NCBI GenBank assembly: GCA_030706385.1
Contig: JAUZOQ010000003.1
Coordinates: forward strand, 4,297 to 68,296
Source: Bacteroidota bacterium
GTDB lineage: Bacteria > Bacteroidota > Ignavibacteria > Palsa-1295
Direction of reading: 5' to 3'
DNA length: 64,000 bases
Shown: one piece after another, positions 1-7,690 of the stretch
How positions within the stretch are numbered: the stretch's first letter is position 1
How the letters are laid out: each line of letters starts with the position of its first letter
Translations under genes and position numbers: made by a program
Notes under the pieces: model-generated
The model's input: only the letters and a program-made list of their open reading frames with translations
The model's database searches: none
Told to the model about the DNA's origin: nothing

Positions 1-2
1 TG

Positions 3-113
3 GATTCACTCTATCAACGGGTTTTCCTGGAAGATGGCAAGTGGCGTCACGGCAAATTCAATCCTTTGACCAAAGAGGACTTCCTAAAGACAGATCGTTT
101 GACTCCGCAATAA
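3..113 (+). CDS. partial CDS, C-terminal end only, product unknown
   Basis: Frame is open from the window edge (..DSLYQRVFLEDGKWRHGKFNPLTKEDFLKTDRLTPQ) and ends at TAA 111-113. Too short to name. Confidence 0.3.
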   Translation, partial: DSLYQRVFLEDGKWRHGKFNPLTKEDFLKTDRLTPQ

Positions 114-136
114 AGATGTGAATTCCTATAGAATTC

Positions 137-1279
137 CTATATGATCTCCTCATAATTCCTCCTGCTTTCGGCGAAGAGCGTTGCGAGGATGTGGAAGAAC
201 GTCTTGCCGTTTTCGTTGAAGACCTTTTTGTACTGCCCTTCCAGCCAGTCGCAGAGCATCGTGCCTCGCTCGATGATGTGCACTTGCCGCTCCCTCACCC
301 ATTCGACATAGTCTGGCCCGGCATCGGGATGGCTAAGAACAACATTGTAGAATGCGAAGAGATGAGTATAGACATGAAATGCAGCAAATGCCCGATCGAA
401 AGGCCAGAGCGGTTTGCCATTCAAATTCGTTGCATGCCACGTGCAATGGAATTGCTCGCCGGAGTCGCCTATGTATCCGTCGCTATGGATTTTCGCAACG
501 GAAATAAAATTGAAATATTTCATGTGCAGCGCTTCGTGGTAGAGCGCTTCCATCGTAATATAGCGGCTGGTAAAGAGCGAGGGCGAAAGCAGGCAGCAGC
601 CAAGCATCGAACTTGAAGTCAGTGATTTCGCTCGAATGTGTCCGGCTGATTCATGATTATGTTCCGGATCGCGAAAATCAAAGAGGCAGTAATGCCGCAC
701 GTTGATCGAGATATCCTGACCGACTAGCATCGAGAGTTTTGTCAGATCCTGCAGAGCCCCTGCCACTTCCCGGGCACGTGCTTCATCGAAGGCGATCAAC
801 TTGCACGGAGCCGAACCGATCTTTGTCGATATTTTTTCGTCGAAGAGTTTTTCCACACCGCGCATTTCCGACCATGTACCTTGCGGCGCTACCGGATCCC
901 AGAGCGTTACAACGAAAGGATACGGCCCGGTCAGCGAAATATCCGATTCGAATCCGAGCCGTCCCCATCGTTTGCGCCAATCTCCTTCGACCGAATCGGA
1001 AAGCCCTGCAAGCACCTTCTGCAACGCCTCATAGCGCTCGCCATCCGGAGCGAGGACCATATCGCGCACGGGCGCCGAGCGCATCAGGAATTTCTGATCA
1101 CCATCGGGCAGCTCGGCCATCAGCGCGCTCACCAGATCGCCCCGCGCACCAAATCCCTTGCGCGACTCGAACAACCGAACAGACGCATGCTGCTTGGCAA
1201 CGATGCGCTGAAGCACGAACATCGAATCGAAAACGTACCCCTTCGTAAGCTTGTAATGTGTTTCGAAAGATTTCTCCAT
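137..1279 (-). CDS. HExxH-motif protein (putative metal-dependent enzyme; resembles HEXXH-domain peptide-modification family)
   Basis: 380-aa ORF from ATG at 1279 (MEKSFETHYKL..). The track ORF to 1417 adds an implausible N-extension. Motif YHEALHMKYF plus His-rich FHCTWHATN / FHVYTHLF segments. No signal peptide. Confidence 0.7.
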   Translation of the reverse strand: MEKSFETHYKLTKGYVFDSMFVLQRIVAKQHASVRLFESRKGFGARGDLVSALMAELPDGDQKFLMRSAPVRDMVLAPDGERYEALQKVLAGLSDSVEGDWRKRWGRLGFESDISLTGPYPFVVTLWDPVAPQGTWSEMRGVEKLFDEKISTKIGSAPCKLIAFDEARAREVAGALQDLTKLSMLVGQDISINVRHYCLFDFRDPEHNHESAGHIRAKSLTSSSMLGCCLLSPSLFTSRYITMEALYHEALHMKYFNFISVAKIHSDGYIGDSGEQFHCTWHATNLNGKPLWPFDRAFAAFHVYTHLFAFYNVVLSHPDAGPDYVEWVRERQVHIIERGTMLCDWLEGQYKKVFNENGKTFFHILATLFAESRRNYEEII

Positions 1280-1322
1280 TCCGGCACCAAAAAAGAGAGG
1301 ACAAGATCCACTTCCCCTACAT

Positions 1323-1355
1323 GTATAATGCGCCGAGAAGGCCCGATTGTGACGG
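1323..1355 (+). repeat. 33-nt conserved intergenic element, copy 1
   Basis: gtataatgcgccgagaaggcccgattgtgacgg, 29/33 identical to 4834-4866. Confidence 0.7.
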
Positions 1356-1455
1356 TTCGAAGAAAAAAAAATGGAAGTTGCCGTTTTTGTGACGAAAAAC
1401 CATATTCCGCCCTCCATGCAGCGCTAACTATTCCGAAGCCGCATGCCTTTGCGCG

Positions 1456-1463
1456 TATCTTTG
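1456..1463 (+). promoter_or_regulatory. TAnnTTTG -7 box upstream of 1491
   Basis: tatctttg, 28 nt before the ATG. Confidence 0.45.
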
Positions 1464-1490
1464 CAGGAAGCCGAATACATCCATTCATAC

Positions 1491-2144
1491 ATGCGACGAC
1501 TACCGCTCCTCATCGCCCTCCATCTCCTTGCCATCTTCGTGGCAGCTTCAGGGATTCCGGGGCAGACGTTATATCTGGGCTCTACGGTCGGAGTGAATTA
1601 TTCATTCTTCAAATTCTATCCTCCTGACAATGCATTCCACTCTCCGCTATATTTTATCGGCGGATTGCAGGGCGATTACCATTTTACTCCGAAGTGGGCT
1701 ATGAAGATGCAAGTGCTCTTCGTTCCGAAACAGATTCATAAAACGATCACCGTAAGTCTTGGCGATATACCGAGGCCTTATTCGCAATCCTATTCATTTC
1801 AATTTCTCGAAATTCCGATCTGCGCTAAACTGCGCATCGGTAATGAGAATAATTTTCGGCCCTATGTCTTCAGCGGCCCCTCATTTGCTATCTTACTTTC
1901 AGCGACTGAAAAAAGTCAGCTGGACGGTTCTCCGGAAGAAGTCGTCAACGTTACGAACGAACTCCCCGGAACGGATCTCGGCTTCATCTTCGGAATCGGC
2001 CTCGACTATGTTGTAAAGTCCGGCCTCACGATCTTCGCCGAAGCTGCGGCCAGATACGGATTCAGTAATCTCGAGTATACAGAAGGTCCCATGCATGCCC
2101 GCGATCTCCGCCTCAATGCCGGAATCCTCTCGGCGCTGCCGTAG
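1491..2144 (+). CDS. outer-membrane beta-barrel family protein
   Basis: ATG 1491 gives signal peptide MRRLPLLIALHLLAIFVAASG. Alternating-hydrophobic strands with G/Y/F-rich turns (FIFGIGLDYVV, FAEAAARYGFSNLEY). TAtcTTTG box at 1456-1463. Confidence 0.7.
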   Translation: MRRLPLLIALHLLAIFVAASGIPGQTLYLGSTVGVNYSFFKFYPPDNAFHSPLYFIGGLQGDYHFTPKWAMKMQVLFVPKQIHKTITVSLGDIPRPYSQSYSFQFLEIPICAKLRIGNENNFRPYVFSGPSFAILLSATEKSQLDGSPEEVVNVTNELPGTDLGFIFGIGLDYVVKSGLTIFAEAAARYGFSNLEYTEGPMHARDLRLNAGILSALP

Positions 2145-2431
2145 CTTTTTGCTGGTTCGTTCTAAAATGTGTTAGTTTTGCAAAATGAGGAATATTCAAC
2201 CTGATCGCTGTTACCGGTTGCGTTATCCTGATGGTTCCACTGTGGATTTCCGAACACAGAATACGCTCCCTGTTGCATTCCATTTGATTCGCGTAAAACT
2301 GCGCACGAAGAGGATCGTTAATATCGTCGAACTGCTGATGAAGCCGTGGGATGAATTCCACGAGATCGATTGTACCGGCGAGCTTGAAGGCGCAGACGTC
2401 GCATTTTAGCGACCGATCGGATGCAGAGAAC

Positions 2432-2674
2432 TTACATCTTCAGATCGTCGGCGCGCAAGCTGCGTACGGAGCGGATCAGATAATACCGGTGGACCTTCTT
2501 CGGAGAATCCGTTTCGAAGACTTCCCACTCGCCATCGGCTTTGGCACAATCTTCGATATAGGGCCGGATAAACTCCAGCACAAATTCCGATGCCTCCACT
2601 GCAGTTGCAAACTTGCCCCGTGTCAGCTCGACGTGCTCTTTCTCTGTTTCAAAATCGATTTTCGCCGTGTACAT
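2432..2674 (-). CDS. small hypothetical protein (80 aa)
   Basis: ATG at 2674 (MYTAKIDFETEKEHVELTRGKF..). Balanced, acidic composition. The longer track start at 2704 is TTG. Confidence 0.5.
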   Translation of the reverse strand: MYTAKIDFETEKEHVELTRGKFATAVEASEFVLEFIRPYIEDCAKADGEWEVFETDSPKKVHRYYLIRSVRSLRADDLKM

Positions 2675-2785
2675 TGATTGGTGAATCTCTGAGGTGTGAC
2701 ACAAACCTACAACATACTCCTGGGAAATAAATAGGAAGAGAGTTGGGTAGCACTTCGGCTTTTGAACATCTCATTTTTTTTTACG

Positions 2786-2793
2786 TACTTTTG
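2786..2793 (+). promoter_or_regulatory. TAnnTTTG -7 box upstream of 2828
   Basis: tacttttg, 35 nt before the ATG. Confidence 0.45.
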
Positions 2794-2827
2794 CACCTAA
2801 CGGTTTTTATATCTGGAGGATTCTGCT

Positions 2828-3241
2828 ATGAAACTCACTTCCCTGATCGCACTTGCATTCCTTCTTTCGGCAGCCGGATGCGCTAAGCATGAAGACGATC
2901 CCTCTGCCGTCGTGCTTTCGTATTATAAAGCTGCAACCGGCGGCGACTCTGCCGGCTACATCAACAGCTTTTCTTCAACCATTCGCGAGCAAATGCTCAC
3001 GGCTACCGATTCTACCAAGACGGTGAAGTTTCAGCTTCAGTATTGGAAAGGCTCGCAGGCCGATGTAAAAATTCGCGAAGTTCATATCGATAGCCTTACG
3101 CCGCATCTGGCGAAGGTCTACTACTCTGCAAAAGTAACTGGCAAGGATCCATTTGCAATGGATTCCGTCTTCCTCATCGTCTCGAAAGAAGACGATGGCT
3201 GGAAGATCAGTTCAAGCAATCCGCAGCGCGATAGGCACTGA
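2828..3241 (+). CDS. lipoprotein, function unknown
   Basis: GGAGGA at 2815-2820, 7 nt before ATG. Lipobox LLSAAGC in MKLTSLIALAFLLSAAGCAKHEDD. TActTTTG box at 2786-2793. Confidence 0.75.
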   Translation: MKLTSLIALAFLLSAAGCAKHEDDPSAVVLSYYKAATGGDSAGYINSFSSTIREQMLTATDSTKTVKFQLQYWKGSQADVKIREVHIDSLTPHLAKVYYSAKVTGKDPFAMDSVFLIVSKEDDGWKISSSNPQRDRH

Positions 3242-3404
3242 TTATACCCCTCCAAAAAGCTCTTTTCAGAGAGAATTAATCATTTATTATCAAGGTCTCT
3301 ATCTCCTGCAATTCAAGGAAATTGCAGGAATTCCCCTGCCCGGAAGCCGATCCACGTCCTATTTCGGAAGAACCTTAGTCCGAAGTGGCCGGTTACGAAA
3401 TTGT

Positions 3405-3429
3405 CTAAGACGAAAGTCTTAGTTTTTTT
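3405..3429 (+). terminator. Rho-independent terminator (also a near-copy of the fur-proximal palindrome)
   Basis: ctaagac / gaaa / gtcttag followed by T7. Confidence 0.55.
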
Positions 3430-3519
3430 AGTGAATACGTCCTTCCGAAATCTATCTTTTCATAAGAAGATAGATGTATCCCGTGGCGGGGGCGATCGAG
3501 AGATTGCCCCTATTTTTTT
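3430..3519 (+). ncRNA. candidate small RNA between two tandem terminators (hypothetical)
   Basis: No credible ORF. 9-bp hairpin atctatctt/aagatagat (3450-3475), then the terminator hairpin at 3489-3519. Confidence 0.2.
3489..3519 (+). terminator. Rho-independent terminator
   Basis: ggggcgatc / gaga / gattgcccc (one G-U pair) followed by tattttttt. Confidence 0.55.
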
Positions 3520-3630
3520 CTTCAAAATAGAAGAATCTTCTCGAAATTCGCGCTGTTGAATTCCCAACCCCAAATTCCCCGTTTCTTTCTTTTTTACCGA
3601 TCTCGGCCTTTTGTTAGCACCATAATTTTT

Positions 3631-3846
3631 ATGCCGGAAATTTTTTTGCGGATTTGGGACGAAGGGTCGAGTACCTTCAAAGTCGATACGTTTGAACTCG
3701 ATAGGATCATCAATCTTGGCCAGCCGGCGGACTTCCCTCCGCCCAAAGTGAGCGACCCGCTTATTAAGAGCACATTCGAATACGACGGAAAAAGATTCTG
3801 GTCCAGCGACGAGCGCGAGTATATCAGCGCACAATTGAAGAAATAA
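3631..3846 (+). CDS. small hypothetical protein (71 aa)
   Basis: ATG 3631 (MPEIFLRIWDEGSSTFKVDTFELDRIINLG..). The part of the track ORF upstream of this ATG is low-complexity. Weak support only. Confidence 0.35.
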   Translation: MPEIFLRIWDEGSSTFKVDTFELDRIINLGQPADFPPPKVSDPLIKSTFEYDGKRFWSSDEREYISAQLKK

Positions 3847-3894
3847 CTTGCCGCATTTGCATACCGCTTACCGCTGCACGACGGATGGAATAAA

Positions 3895-4089
3895 TCATTC
3901 GGACTTCGCCCGCGCTCTTCTTTTCAGAAAGTAATAGATCGCTGGACTTAGCACCATATAGCCCATGATGACGGCCCAGACTTTGCCGCTATCGCGTGAG
4001 CCGACCTGTGCGGAAATAATGAAGCCTGTGAGAATCAGTATCACTGCCGAAACCGATTGTACGATGATCCTCTTTTTATTTGTTGTCAT
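3895..4089 (-). CDS. small membrane protein (64 aa, two predicted TM helices)
   Basis: ATG at 4089. Hydrophobic stretches VSAVILILTGFIISA and VWAVIMGYMVLSPAIYYF, basic C-tail RRARAKSE. Confidence 0.5.
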   Translation of the reverse strand: MTTNKKRIIVQSVSAVILILTGFIISAQVGSRDSGKVWAVIMGYMVLSPAIYYFLKRRARAKSE

Positions 4090-4211
4090 TGCCGGCTGTA
4101 TTGGAATATGTTTTGAACCGATCTGCGATGTTCAAAAGATAGACGAATTAAACTCCGACAATGTTCCGTAGTTTCGTGAAGGATAGATCTGTCAACCGTC
4201 CATATCCGCAC

Positions 4212-4733
4212 ATGACTACCTTCAATGAATTTCTCGCTGCTTTCAAACTGACAACAGTCGGCATGGCCGTCCTGCTCTTTTTTTGCTCCTGTGCCCCTTC
4301 AATGCACTACCCTAAACCGGAAGAGCTTACGGGAATATATGATAATCCGGATACCAGCCGCCATGAAGTTCTCAGTCTACTCTCGATCATTCCGTTCACT
4401 CAAGGGAATTGGACTTCACTATACCTCCATCTATTTCGGGATAAGGATGGAAAACAAGTCCGGTCAACTGGTGAATGGTTTATTGATCTGAGCAAGGGAC
4501 GAGGCCCGGACTATGATTTTGGGTACCCGCCGAACCAATACCGAATAACACTGATAAATTGGCTGCCTTACGCGGGTGATTCCCTTCTCCCCTACACTTC
4601 CCCCGACGTCTACTATTCGCATAGGTCGCAGCTTTATGGATTTGCGCATTATGAAAGTGCAAATTCTAAAGTATTAATTCTCGATTCGTTCTACAGAGAA
4701 CCGGGATTGAGATTTGTCCACAGGCATAGGTAA
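4212..4733 (+). CDS. putative lipoprotein, member of a window-internal paralogue family
   Basis: ATG 4212 gives MTTFNEFLAAFKLTTVGMAVLLFFCSCAP. The segment LTGIYDNPDTSRHEVLSL..LFRDKDGKQVRSTGEWF..KVLILDS parallels the proteins at 26509-27045 and 27110-27637. Confidence 0.65.
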   Translation: MTTFNEFLAAFKLTTVGMAVLLFFCSCAPSMHYPKPEELTGIYDNPDTSRHEVLSLLSIIPFTQGNWTSLYLHLFRDKDGKQVRSTGEWFIDLSKGRGPDYDFGYPPNQYRITLINWLPYAGDSLLPYTSPDVYYSHRSQLYGFAHYESANSKVLILDSFYREPGLRFVHRHR

Positions 4734-4761
4734 CGCGATTATCCCTCCCCCAACAACAAGT

Positions 4762-4785
4762 GCTCCCGGCGTTTTGGCCGGGAGC
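4762..4785 (+). terminator. GC-rich hairpin 29 nt after the stop of 4212-4733 (no U-tract)
   Basis: gctcccggc / gttttg / gccgggagc, a perfect 9-bp stem. Confidence 0.35.
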
Positions 4786-4833
4786 GCAAGCGTTATGAAT
4801 ATATCATTCTATCTTTTAGAGGCCCCTTCAAAA

Positions 4834-4866
4834 GTATAATGCATCGAGAACCCCCGATTGTGACGG
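4834..4866 (+). repeat. 33-nt conserved intergenic element, copy 2
   Basis: gtataatgcatcgagaacccccgattgtgacgg. A 12-nt piece, aacccccgattg, recurs at 30288-30299. Confidence 0.7.
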
Positions 4867-5042
4867 CAAAATGAGAATATTTTTGGAATCGGCGAAAATG
4901 GCGTGAATCCGAAGTCTTGCCTTGCGACACTTCCACGCCAGCCGGTGCGATCGTACGGCATAATTATTGTTGCAGACCTGAGCTTCGTGCTCTATTGCGG
5001 ACGAGTTGTCGTACTTGATCTCCTAAATACATTCTTCTAACT

Positions 5043-5489
5043 ATGAATACAATTTCGATCTTTCCAATGATCTTCCTATCCTTGCTCGCCGGACAAGGGA
5101 CGAAGAAATATGAGCATTCGTATCATCAGGGAGGCGCAGTCCTCACACAATTGCGACCGGATGAAAAATTCAGCAGGGCAAAGTGTCAGCTTGATTTCAC
5201 GATCATGCAAGATAGCCTTATATCCGGCCGATTCCAGGTACTAAATCCGCCTTCGGATTGGAAAATACTACCCGATGTCACATTCCACGGAGTGATAACT
5301 CGAACCGGTTCGGATAAGAGTGTTGGCAGGGAAAAAGGATCTGCAGCCATTGAATGGAAAGCGAACTGTTCCTTCGACAGTCTGCCCGGCCATATTAAGA
5401 TCTCAAAAACCTTTCCGAATGCACAAGGACACGATCATTTCATGGGGTACTTCGAGAGCGGCACTGAACTGCTGTTTACTTTAGAATAG
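5043..5489 (+). CDS. secreted hypothetical protein
   Basis: N-terminal signal-like MNTISIFPMIFLSLLAGQG. 148 aa, no recognisable motif. Confidence 0.6.
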   Translation: MNTISIFPMIFLSLLAGQGTKKYEHSYHQGGAVLTQLRPDEKFSRAKCQLDFTIMQDSLISGRFQVLNPPSDWKILPDVTFHGVITRTGSDKSVGREKGSAAIEWKANCSFDSLPGHIKISKTFPNAQGHDHFMGYFESGTELLFTLE

Positions 5490-5636
5490 CTCTCGCCTCG
5501 AAAGAAAATCTGTTTGGAATCGGAGGATAACTCTGAAAAAAATTCTTCTGCCACTTTAGGAAGGCACATAACAAGTACCCGCTCGCATCCGGCGAGCTAA
5601 ATAGGTAACGAAAAGCGGCGCAGGCAGCGGCGCGCT

Positions 5637-5888
5637 TTACATGCCTTCTTTTACTTCGATGATATCATCGGCAACGAGGCCGTGAGCTTCGCGGTGAACG
5701 GCTATGGCCGCTTCCTTATTCGGAGCATTGACCAGGCAGAATGCCTTGCCCGAGCCTTCGTCGAACCAGTACTTCAAGTACTCGACTCCGTGCTTTTTCT
5801 GATGTGCCAGATCTGCTACATGAGCGCCGGCAATGGCATCTTTTGTCAGGCCGGGAATGTGATTGTGAATATCCATATAGAGTGGCAT
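5637..5888 (-). CDS. DUF4242 (SCO4226-like) family small protein
   Basis: ATG 5888: MPLYMDIHNHIPGLTKDAIAGAHVADLAHQKKHGVEYLKYWFDEGSGKAFCLVNAPNKEAA, which is the characteristic DUF4242 pattern. Confidence 0.75.
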   Translation of the reverse strand: MPLYMDIHNHIPGLTKDAIAGAHVADLAHQKKHGVEYLKYWFDEGSGKAFCLVNAPNKEAAIAVHREAHGLVADDIIEVKEGM

Positions 5889-6004
5889 AACGGTCTCCTT
5901 TATTGAATGTGTATCGGAACGGATGCGTGCAAGTATGGGGAAATGCTCGTATGCGGGGAGACAAACATACGGCTTTTTCCGGCGTTTTGCAAACGGCGCC
6001 AAGC

Positions 6005-6877
6005 CTACCTCTTCTCTGCCCGGAAATACACTTCAGCATAAGATTGCACTGCCGTTCCGTGCTCGACTAATGGCCGGAAATACGCTTCGAATTGCTGCGC
6101 CTCTTCAGGCGTGAAGCCGGCTGCTACTTCGGCAAGAGAAGGCACGGTAGGATTTGGAGCAGATTTCAGAAAAGCCTGCCAAGACGGCCACTTAAGATTG
6201 TCGCGCATCGATGCTTCATATTGCATCGTGATTTCGCGAAATCCTGCGCTTCGAATCATGCCAAGCATATCGCGCTCATCGAAATTCAGCATTGGATCAT
6301 TCGTGTAATCAGGCGGAAAATGGAATTGCGATAGTATCCGGTCTCCCAGGGAACCCAGAGGAGTAAAATCGAATCCGAAGAATATCTTTTTTGAGGCCGT
6401 CATCTCGGCAGCGAAACGGTTAATCGGTTCACAAATGGCCAAGCGACCGCCGGGCCGGAGGATTCGAAAGTACTCTCGAAAGCACTGTTCCTTATGCGCA
6501 ATATATAACAGGACCGCTCTCCCAACGACTACATCGACGCTCCCAGAAGGAATGGCCGAAAGATCTTCTGCCGATGTGCAAAGGAACCTGGCATTTCCAT
6601 TTCCGAGACCTTCGCTCAAGAAGCCTTCGCAGAAATCCAATGCATCTTGAGATATGTCGGAAAAGACAACAGTTCCTTCCTCACCAACGTGGTCAAGAGC
6701 AGCAAAACCCAACAGGCCATCGCCCGTACCTATATCGACGACAGTCTCGCCTTCGTTAATCGCGGCCAAACTGAGGATGCGATCGCGAATCATTGCAAGC
6801 CGAGCCAGATTATCCCGCGCAATTGCCGGATCGCTTCCGAACCGTTTATGCAATAACCAGTCCGCCCACTTATCCAT
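6005..6877 (-). CDS. class I SAM-dependent methyltransferase
   Basis: Motif I VVDIGTGDGLLG, post-I acidic residue (VVFSDIS), motif LRPGGRLAI. C-terminal extension of about 130 aa of unknown function. Confidence 0.85.
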   Translation of the reverse strand: MDKWADWLLHKRFGSDPAIARDNLARLAMIRDRILSLAAINEGETVVDIGTGDGLLGFAALDHVGEEGTVVFSDISQDALDFCEGFLSEGLGNGNARFLCTSAEDLSAIPSGSVDVVVGRAVLLYIAHKEQCFREYFRILRPGGRLAICEPINRFAAEMTASKKIFFGFDFTPLGSLGDRILSQFHFPPDYTNDPMLNFDERDMLGMIRSAGFREITMQYEASMRDNLKWPSWQAFLKSAPNPTVPSLAEVAAGFTPEEAQQFEAYFRPLVEHGTAVQSYAEVYFRAEKR

Positions 6878-6891
6878 TAGCGACTGCGCAT

Positions 6892-7185
6892 CTAGTATAC
6901 ATCACTCATGATGATCGTCGGTCCGCCGTCAAAACTGAAATTATAGATCGTCCCTGATTCGCCATCCGGAAAAGTAATATCCTTCGGCAATTCGGATAGA
7001 AGGAACGTCTCATCGAGTATACGCAGCGATATTGGCTTGCGCTTCCATGACGAGTCGAAGACCGTATGCCCCAGGCTATGAATTTCTTTCATAACGACGT
7101 ATCCATCATCAAAAGTCATCTCTACAGTACCAAGTTCGGCATGCTTGAGGTTACCAAAGATTACTGTTGCTTGCTGGTTTCCCAT
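6892..7185 (-). CDS. hypothetical 97-aa protein, paralogue of 7264-7557
   Basis: MGNQQATVIFGNLKHAELGTVEMTFDDGYVVMKEIHSLGHTVFDS aligns with the neighbour. No signal peptide. Confidence 0.6.
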   Translation of the reverse strand: MGNQQATVIFGNLKHAELGTVEMTFDDGYVVMKEIHSLGHTVFDSSWKRKPISLRILDETFLLSELPKDITFPDGESGTIYNFSFDGGPTIIMSDVY

Positions 7186-7263
7186 CTTAGAGTTTAATCA
7201 ACAATTATTCTCTGAAGGATTACTTGAGACAGACAAATTGAATCAAAACCTCAGACAATTCGA

Positions 7264-7557
7264 TCAATAGCAATCTTCCTGCCATAAATAGATTGTAGAT
7301 GCTGCACCAGTGATCTCAATCTCTTTTTGAAATTCGAATCCTGTGCTGGAATCTGGATATGTAACTGGGGTGGGACCGTCTCCAGCATTGTAAGTGTTGC
7401 CTAGAGCATACATACTTGTTGGGATCCGATCATCGTTACTAAAAATGGTATAGCCTAACGCATCAACAGTCTTGATAACGTACGAGTCATCGTTAAAAGT
7501 GATTTTGACACTGCCTAGATTAGGGTACTTTAGATTATTTAGGACGGTTAAAGACAT
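7264..7557 (-). CDS. hypothetical 97-aa protein, paralogue of 6892-7185
   Basis: ATG 7557 preceded by AAGGAG. MSLTVLNNLKYPNLGSVKITFNDDSYVIKTVDALGYTIFSN. Same length as the neighbour. Confidence 0.6.
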   Translation of the reverse strand: MSLTVLNNLKYPNLGSVKITFNDDSYVIKTVDALGYTIFSNDDRIPTSMYALGNTYNAGDGPTPVTYPDSSTGFEFQKEIEITGAASTIYLWQEDCY

Positions 7558-7690
7558 AGAATCTCCTTTTAGATTTTGGTTAAGACAAAAATGATACAAT
7601 TCGTGGCGGAGAATGATTCCCCGTGAGGGACTAAAGTAGGATAATATTAATATATTAATGCTCTTCAATGCAATAGTCCTCGGAAGATGC

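Noticed and set aside
881-1627. 248-aa plus-strand ORF, plus several 60-170-aa ORFs over 191-1488
   Set aside because: They overlap the HExxH gene antisense or out of frame. They are Arg/Ser/Pro-rich and low-complexity, and the 248-aa ORF would also run through the promoter and signal-peptide start of the gene at 1491.
2113-2409. Two mutually antisense ORFs (82 aa minus, GTG start; 74 aa plus, ATG 2185 directly behind a TAgtTTTG box at 2173-2180)
   Set aside because: Neither has a motif, signal or RBS, and both have plausible codon usage. The plus-strand ORF could be a leaderless mRNA, but I cannot discriminate from sequence alone, so I called neither as a feature.
3153-3834. 89-aa plus-strand and 124-aa minus-strand ORFs in the terminator-rich spacer
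   Set aside because: Both run through intrinsic terminator hairpins and U-tracts, and their sequences are basic and low-complexity. The region is better explained as non-coding.
7647-7658. AT-rich palindrome ttaatatattaa and surrounding GATAATATTAATATATTAA as a classical Fur box
   Set aside because: Only about 11 of 19 positions match the GATAATGATAATCATTATC consensus in my best register, which is too weak in AT-rich promoter DNA.
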